Assembly (NCBI GenBank): GCA_963798085.1
Contig: CAWCRS010000008.1
Coordinates: 32,001 to 96,000, forward strand
Source: an uncultured Gemmatimonadales bacterium
Lineage (GTDB): Bacteria > Gemmatimonadota > Gemmatimonadetes > Longimicrobiales > RSA9
DNA: 64,000 nucleotides
Direction of reading: 5' to 3'
The notes beneath the pieces are model-generated. The model was given only the letters and a program-made list of their open reading frames with translations, was not told the DNA's origin and did no database searches. Made by a program: the position numbers and the translations under genes. Below, one piece after another: positions 58,251-64,000 of this stretch (its first letter is position 1; each line of letters opens with the position of its first letter).

Positions 58251-59736
58251 ATGGAGAACATCTTCGCGCAGGTGGGCGTCATCGCGGGCCTCGTCGTGCT
58301 CGCACTGCTGCTCCTGGCCGTCATGACGATCAGCCGGCTGATCGTCATCGTGCCGCCCAACATGGCGGCGATCATCACGGGCCGGAAACGTGAAGTCGAC
58401 GAGGGTGGCGTCGTCGGTTTCCGCACCGTCATGGGCGGACGCACGCTGCGCCTGCCCGTCATCGAGCGCGTGAACTGGCTCACGCTCTCCACGATTCCGC
58501 TCGAGTTGTCCGTCGAGGACGCGTACTCGCGCGGCAACGTGCCGCTCACGGTCAAGGCGGTCGCCAACGTGAAGATCGCGTCCGCGCCGGAAGTCGTCTT
58601 CAACAACGCGGTCGAGCGGCTGCTGGGCAAGAACATCGCGCAGATCGAGCAGCTGGCGCGTGAAACGCTGACCGGCAACCTGCGCGGCGTGCTGGCCAAG
58701 CTGACACCCGAGGAAGTGAACGAAGATCGCCTGGGTTTCGCCAAGCACCTTTCGGAAGAAGCGGATCACGACCTGAAGAAGCTGGGACTGCAGCTCGATG
58801 TCCTGAAGATCCAGCACGTGATGGATCGTGTGGGCTATCTCCAGTCGATCGGTGAGAAGCGCACCGCCGAGGCATTGCGCGATGCGGAAATCGCCAAGGC
58901 CTCCGCCATTGCGGAGACGCGCACCAAGCAGGCGGAGTCGAAGAAGATCTCGGAAGTGGCGGTCGCCGACAACGAATCCGAGATCAAGCAGCGCCAGGCG
59001 GCCGCGAGGCAGCTCGCGGAAATCGCCGAGGCTGAAGCGGACGCAGCCATCAAGCAGCAGCAGGCAAACGCGCGGCAGCTGGCCGAGGTTGCGGCCGCAC
59101 ACGCGGATGTGACCATCTCCGGAAGCGCGCAATCTGCTGCGTGTGCGACAGGCCGAGCTGGGCCGCGAAGCGGAAACCGCCGAGCGCGTTGCCAAGGTAT
59201 CCGCGCTCAAAGCGGAGACCGAAGCGCAGACGGAGCTGGAATCACGGCGAGTAGAGCGCGAGAAGACTCGCCTGCAGGCAGACATTGTGCAGCCCGCCGA
59301 GGCCCAGCGCATCGCCGCCGAAGCGCAGGCCAAGGCACTGGCCGCGCCCATCTTCGAGAAGGGTCGCGCGCAGGCCGAAGTGCTGCGCATGCTCTACGCG
59401 GAGATCCAGAAGGCCGGCGATACGGGACTGCAGGTCTTCCTCGCGGAAAAACTGCCGGCCATGCTCGGCATCACCGTGGACGCGATGAAGGACGTGCAGA
59501 TTCAGCGGCTCACTGTGATCGACAGCGGCGGCGGCAAGGGTGTCGCCAACGCCGCCACGCAACGCGTCAACGCTTCCATTGCCGCACTCGAGCAGGTCGC
59601 CGGCGCCATGGGTCTCGATCTCGACCGCTTCCTGAAGCGCATCACGGGCGGACACGAGTTCGATGGCGCGGATGCGCCAACGGCGCGCGTGATCGATGCG
59701 GTGCCACCCGTGCCGGATCGTGTGAAGAAGGGCTGA
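58251..59736 (+). CDS. Flotillin/SPFH (band 7) family protein; +1 frameshift near 59122
   Basis: ETLTGNLRGVLAKLTPEEVNEDR, DLKKLGLQLD, AE-rich coiled coil; the C-terminus continues in ORF 59143..59736. Confidence 0.92.
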
Positions 59737-59902
59737 ACCGCGCTCCGTCCTGGCGCAGCAGCAGCTTCGGATCGAGCGCACTCGCACGGCGGGCGGGCGA
59801 CCACGCGGCCACAGCGCGAGGTTGAACGCCGATGGCTGTTGAATGCCCATCTCACCGGGCAGTGCGCTCGCACCCGCACATTCCCATTGAAGGAGGGCTC
59901 CA

Positions 59903-61567
59903 ATGGCAGGCAGAGCAGGGGCCGCGTGGGTCACGCTGGCATTCGCGGCATTGGCCGCGTGTGGTGAGCGACCCGCGGCGTCGGGTGATGCGGCGCGGGC
60001 AGAGGAGCAGATGGCGCTGATGGATGGGCTGGGCGACCTGCACCACGCAATTACGACGCGCGCACCCCGTGCGCAGCAGTTCTTCGATCAGGGACTGCGG
60101 CTGGACTATGCGTTCAATCATGCGGAAGCGATCCGCTCGTTCCGCGCGGCGCAGAGTCTCAATGCGGAGTGCGCCATGTGCTTCTGGGGAGAAGCGCTGG
60201 CCTGGGGCCCCAACATCAATCTGCCCATGGACTCGGCGTCCGCGGCGGCGGCGTTCACGGCGATTACCAGGGCGAAGCAGCTGGCAGGCAGCGCCAGTGA
60301 GAAGGAGCGCGCGTACATTAATGCGCTGGCGTGGCGCTATTCACCCGTGCCTGCCGCCGACCGTGCCGCGCTGGACACTGCCTACGCGCGCGCCATGCAC
60401 GATCTGACACAGCGTTATCCCGAGGATGATGATGCCGCCGTGCTCTGGGCCGAATCGGAGATGGATCTGAGTCCCTGGGACTACTGGGTGGACAACCAGC
60501 ACGCGAAGCCGAACATGCAGGCGGCGATCGCCGCGCTGGAGACGATCATGGCGCGGTCGCCGGATCATCCGGGTGCGTGCCATTTCTACATTCACGCGGT
60601 GGAGAAGACGCAGCCGGAGAAGGCCGTGCCCTGTGCCGAGAAGCTGCCCTCACTGATGCCGGCGGCCGGGCACATCGTACACATGCCGGCGCACGTGTAC
60701 ATCCGCGTAGGCCGCTACGCAGAAGCGGTGGAGCGCAACGTGCACGCCACGCACGCCGACGAAGCCATCATGAAGGACATGGCGCCGGACGGCATTTACC
60801 GCGTTGGCTACTATCCGCACAACTACCACTTCCTCGCCTTTGCGGCGGGCATGGCGGGCATGAGCGAGCAGGCCATCAGTGCGGCGCAGCACACGACGCA
60901 GGCGGTGGACACGTCGCTCATGCGCAGGCCGGAGATGACGACGCTGCAGCAGTATCGTGCGGTGCCCTACTGGATGCTGGTGCGCTTCGGACGCTGGCAG
61001 GATGTACTGGCGCAGCCCGCGCCGGCCGCGGATCTGGCATACGTGGGCGCCCTCTACCACTACGCGCGGGCCGTGGCGCTGGCGCGCACGGGTCGCGTTC
61101 CCGATGCGGAGGCGGAGCTGCGGCAGCTGCGCACGGCGAAGGCGGACAGCTCGATCCGCGGCGTGCGCGTGTGGGGCATCAACGAAATGAACGCACTGCT
61201 GGAGATTGCGGACAACGTTGCGGCCGGCGAGATCGCGGCCGCGCGCAAGGACACGCCGGAGGCGATCGCGCGACTGCGTGTCGCGGTGCAGCAGGAGGAT
61301 GCGCTCACCTACGATGAGCCGCCTACGTGGATGAATCCGGTGCGCCCGGACCTGGGCGCCGTGCTGCTCGCGGCGGGCCGTGCGGCGGATGCCGAGAAGG
61401 TCTATCGCGAAGACCTGGACAAGTTCGCCGAGAATGGCTGGTCTCTGTTCGGGCTGGCCCAGGCGCTGGAGGCGCAGGGAAAGAAGGCGGAAGCGGCCGC
61501 CGTGCGCGAGCGCTTCACGAAGGCGTGGTCGAAGAGCGACGTGACACTGACGTCATCACGCTTCTGA
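59903..61567 (+). CDS. TPR-repeat lipoprotein with His-rich conserved core
   Basis: RBS AAGGAGG, LAAC, AQQFFDQGL...FNH.EA.RSF, HFYIH, GH..HMPAH.Y, YPHNYHF, NGWSL.GL. Confidence 0.85.
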   Translation: MAGRAGAAWVTLAFAALAACGERPAASGDAARAEEQMALMDGLGDLHHAITTRAPRAQQFFDQGLRLDYAFNHAEAIRSFRAAQSLNAECAMCFWGEALAWGPNINLPMDSASAAAAFTAITRAKQLAGSASEKERAYINALAWRYSPVPAADRAALDTAYARAMHDLTQRYPEDDDAAVLWAESEMDLSPWDYWVDNQHAKPNMQAAIAALETIMARSPDHPGACHFYIHAVEKTQPEKAVPCAEKLPSLMPAAGHIVHMPAHVYIRVGRYAEAVERNVHATHADEAIMKDMAPDGIYRVGYYPHNYHFLAFAAGMAGMSEQAISAAQHTTQAVDTSLMRRPEMTTLQQYRAVPYWMLVRFGRWQDVLAQPAPAADLAYVGALYHYARAVALARTGRVPDAEAELRQLRTAKADSSIRGVRVWGINEMNALLEIADNVAAGEIAAARKDTPEAIARLRVAVQQEDALTYDEPPTWMNPVRPDLGAVLLAAGRAADAEKVYREDLDKFAENGWSLFGLAQALEAQGKKAEAAAVRERFTKAWSKSDVTLTSSRF

Positions 61568-62308
61568 GACGCTTTCGCCGGCCATGGCGCGCGCCAGCGT
61601 GAGTGCATTGATCCGGGCGCGCGCCCAGCGGCCGGCAACGCGGCCCTGTTGCAGGACCACGAAGTCGTGGCCGGCGCGAAACGCCTGCGCCGGGTTGTGC
61701 GTCACCAGCAGCACGGCCACGCCCTGCCGCGCGGTCGCTTCAATGACTTCGAGCACGCGCTCCGCCTGGCGCACGCCCAATGCCGCGGTGGGCTCATCGA
61801 GGATCAGCACGCGCGCGCCGGCGTGCACGGCCCTGGCCATGGCCAGCGCCTGACGCTGTCCGCCGGACAGGCTGCCCACCGACTGGGACACATCGCGTAT
61901 CTCGATGCCCAGCCGGGCGAGGGCCTGCAGCGTGAGGGCGCGGGCGCCCCGCACATCCAGGCGGCGCAGCGGCCCGCGGCCGTGTGTCGGCTCGCGCCCC
62001 AACACGAAATTACGCCACACGCTGAGGAGCGGCGCCAGCGCCAGGTCCTGGTGGACGGTCGCCAGGCCCAGCGCCTGCGCCTCGCGCGGCGAACGCAGAC
62101 GGACATCGTCGCCTGCAATGCGCAGCACACCCGCCGCGGGCTCGACCACGCCGGAGAGGATGCGGATGAGCGTGGACTTGCCGGCGCCGTTCTCGCCCAG
62201 CAGGCAGGTCACGCGGCCGGCGTGCAGCTCGAGCGACACGTCCTCGAGCACGACGGCACTGCCATAACGCATGGTTAGGCGCTCGACAGCTACCAGCGGC
62301 GTGTCCAT
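61556..62308 (-). CDS. Sugar (CUT2) ABC transporter ATPase, single domain
   Basis: GENGAGKS, HQDLAL, LSGGQ, LDEPT, VTHN. Confidence 0.92.
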   Translation of the reverse strand: MDTPLVAVERLTMRYGSAVVLEDVSLELHAGRVTCLLGENGAGKSTLIRILSGVVEPAAGVLRIAGDDVRLRSPREAQALGLATVHQDLALAPLLSVWRNFVLGREPTHGRGPLRRLDVRGARALTLQALARLGIEIRDVSQSVGSLSGGQRQALAMARAVHAGARVLILDEPTAALGVRQAERVLEVIEATARQGVAVLLVTHNPAQAFRAGHDFVVLQQGRVAGRWARARINALTLARAMAGESVSEA

Positions 62309-63288
62309 CAGCGCTCCTCGGCGCGCGCGCGCAGCACGTTGTTGGAGAGCACGGCCAGCACCAGCAGCGCGCCCAGCACCACCTGGAACCAGTCGGCATC
62401 GATGCCGGTCATGACGATGCCCTGCTGCACCATGCCGAAGAGCAGCGCGCCGCAGAAGGCGCCGGGCACGGAGCCGTAGCCGCCGGAGAGCAGGGTGCCG
62501 CCCATGACGGCGGCGACGATGGCGCGGAACTCCTGGAACTCGCCGCGCAGCGCATCGGCGCCGTTGAAGCGCACCGCCTGCAGCAGCGCCACGAGCGCGG
62601 CCGCCACGGCCGTGGTCACGAAGAGACCGATCTTCACGCGCGCCACGGGCACGCCGCTGTTGCGCGCCGCCTGGGGCGCACCGCCGCAGGCCAGGATCCA
62701 GTTGCCGGAGCGGGTACGCAGCAGGACCCATGTGGCGATCGCGCTGAGTGCGATCCACCAGAAGATGGCGACGTCGAAGTGGGGCAGCGGCTGGCTGGCG
62801 AGCAGCAGCTGCGCCAGCGGGAAGCGGCGGGCGGCGTCCAGGCCGCCCAGCTGCGTGCGTCCGGTGAGCGCGCGGCTCACGCCAATGGTGGCGCCGCGCA
62901 GGATGAAGAGCGTGCCCAGCGTGATGATGAAGGAGGGCAGTCCGGTGCGTACCACGAGCCAGCCGTTGGCGAAACCCACCGCACCCGCAAACAGCAACGT
63001 TAGCAGCAGAGCGAGCCAGAGGGGCAGTCCCAGGTGGGTGACCAGCAGGAGCAGCAGCATGCCGCTGGCGCCCACAATCGAGCCCACCGAGAGATCGAAC
63101 TCGCCGCCCATCATGAGCAGCGCCACGGCGATGGTGAGAATGCCGAGCGGCGCGGCCGCGTTGAGGTACGCCGCGGCGCCGGCCTCGCCGCGGAAGGGCG
63201 CACCGGCGGCGATCGCGAAGATGCACCAGACGAGCAGCAGTCCCGCGACCGCGCCCGCCTCCGGATGACGCAGTGCGCGGCGGATCAC
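62308..63288 (-). CDS. Sugar (ribose/inositol-type) ABC permease
   Basis: [40 protein letters not shown]. Confidence 0.92.
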   Translation of the reverse strand: MIRRALRHPEAGAVAGLLLVWCIFAIAAGAPFRGEAGAAAYLNAAAPLGILTIAVALLMMGGEFDLSVGSIVGASGMLLLLLVTHLGLPLWLALLLTLLFAGAVGFANGWLVVRTGLPSFIITLGTLFILRGATIGVSRALTGRTQLGGLDAARRFPLAQLLLASQPLPHFDVAIFWWIALSAIATWVLLRTRSGNWILACGGAPQAARNSGVPVARVKIGLFVTTAVAAALVALLQAVRFNGADALRGEFQEFRAIVAAVMGGTLLSGGYGSVPGAFCGALLFGMVQQGIVMTGIDADWFQVVLGALLVLAVLSNNVLRARAEER

Positions 63289-64000
63289 CGGATGCCGCGC
63301 GCGGCGAGATCGATGACGGCGGCGGCGTTGTCGCGGGTGACGAAGCCGGGCCCGGTCGCGATCACACGCCCGCCGCCCGGCATGGTGCCGGTCTCGAGAT
63401 AATTCACGAGCAGCACCACGGGCAGGTAACCCTGGAGGTACTGCTGCTGATCGATGGCGAAGCGCACGCGGCCGTCACGCACCGCTTCCAGCACGCGCGG
63501 TGTCAGGTCGAACGTGGCGTATGCGACGCGGTCCGCGTGCCCGCTCTGTTCCAGCGCGGCGAGCGTGGGGTCGGCGGCTGCCGGACCGAGCGTCAGCAGG
63601 CCATCGAGCGTGGCATCGGCCGCGAGCGCGCCGGCAACGCGCTGTTGCGTGTCCGCGGGATCGGCCAGGTCGACGGCAAGGACGCGCATCGTCGCGCCCG
63701 CCCTGGCGAGCGCATCGTGAAAGCCGGCGCAGCGCCGGTCGAGCGCGGCGTTACCCACTTCATGATTGATGCAGAGGGCATGCTTCACGCCGCCGCCGGC
63801 CATGCGCTCGCCGGCGCCGAAGCCGGCCTCGTACTCGGTCTGGCCCACGTGTGCGAGCGCGCCCAGGGCGTGAGACGCATCGTCGCCTGAATTGATGGAG
63901 ATCACCGGAATGCCGGTGCTCACCGCCGCGCGCACGGCGGGACCGAGTGCATCGGCATCGGGAATCGAGACCACGAGTCCGGATGGTTTCGAGGCGACGG
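63285..64000 (-). CDS. Sugar ABC substrate-binding protein (inositol/ribose-like); 5' end outside the window
   Basis: [45 protein letters not shown]. Confidence 0.9.
   Translation of the reverse strand, partial: VASKPSGLVVSIPDADALGPAVRAAVSTGIPVISINSGDDASHALGALAHVGQTEYEAGFGAGERMAGGGVKHALCINHEVGNAALDRRCAGFHDALARAGATMRVLAVDLADPADTQQRVAGALAADATLDGLLTLGPAAADPTLAALEQSGHADRVAYATFDLTPRVLEAVRDGRVRFAIDQQQYLQGYLPVVLLVNYLETGTMPGGGRVIATGPGFVTRDNAAAVIDLAARGIR

Noticed and set aside
39632..59874. Recurring CTCGCACC upstream of several genes
   Set aside because: A GC-rich 8-mer is expected a few times by chance at this base composition, and spacing is inconsistent.

Overview
A very GC-rich, gene-dense bacterial chromosomal window. 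The gene repertoire (PadR plus tandem ADOP permeases, Big_1-type Ig lipoproteins, carboxypeptidase-regulatory-domain protein, 6-bladed propeller lipoprotein, STN-type TonB receptor) suggests Gemmatimonadota; this is inference only. About 45 CDS cover envelope and secreted hydrolases, transporters, oxidoreductases and signalling proteins. I found no rRNA, tRNA, CRISPR array or transposase. Seven single-base frameshifts in six otherwise intact genes look like long-read consensus errors. The best candidate for an undescribed system is at 50.2-57.4 kb: an ECF sigma / FecR / TonB-receptor cell-surface-signalling module. A shared GGGTA-N10-TGACGTGTCC motif precedes both fecR and a four-gene operon (lipoprotein, 4-His cytochrome-b-like membrane protein, DUF6644-like membrane protein, Tat-exported Rieske lipoprotein). 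Other notable items: a membrane-anchored cytochrome c with 20 heme motifs, a DUF885/peptide-ABC/Gfo operon with non-canonical catalytic motifs, a TIR-TM-ectodomain protein, a three-domain GMC oxidoreductase, a doubly deleted PaaX/amidohydrolase relic, and a ~450 bp element bounded by inverted repeats.
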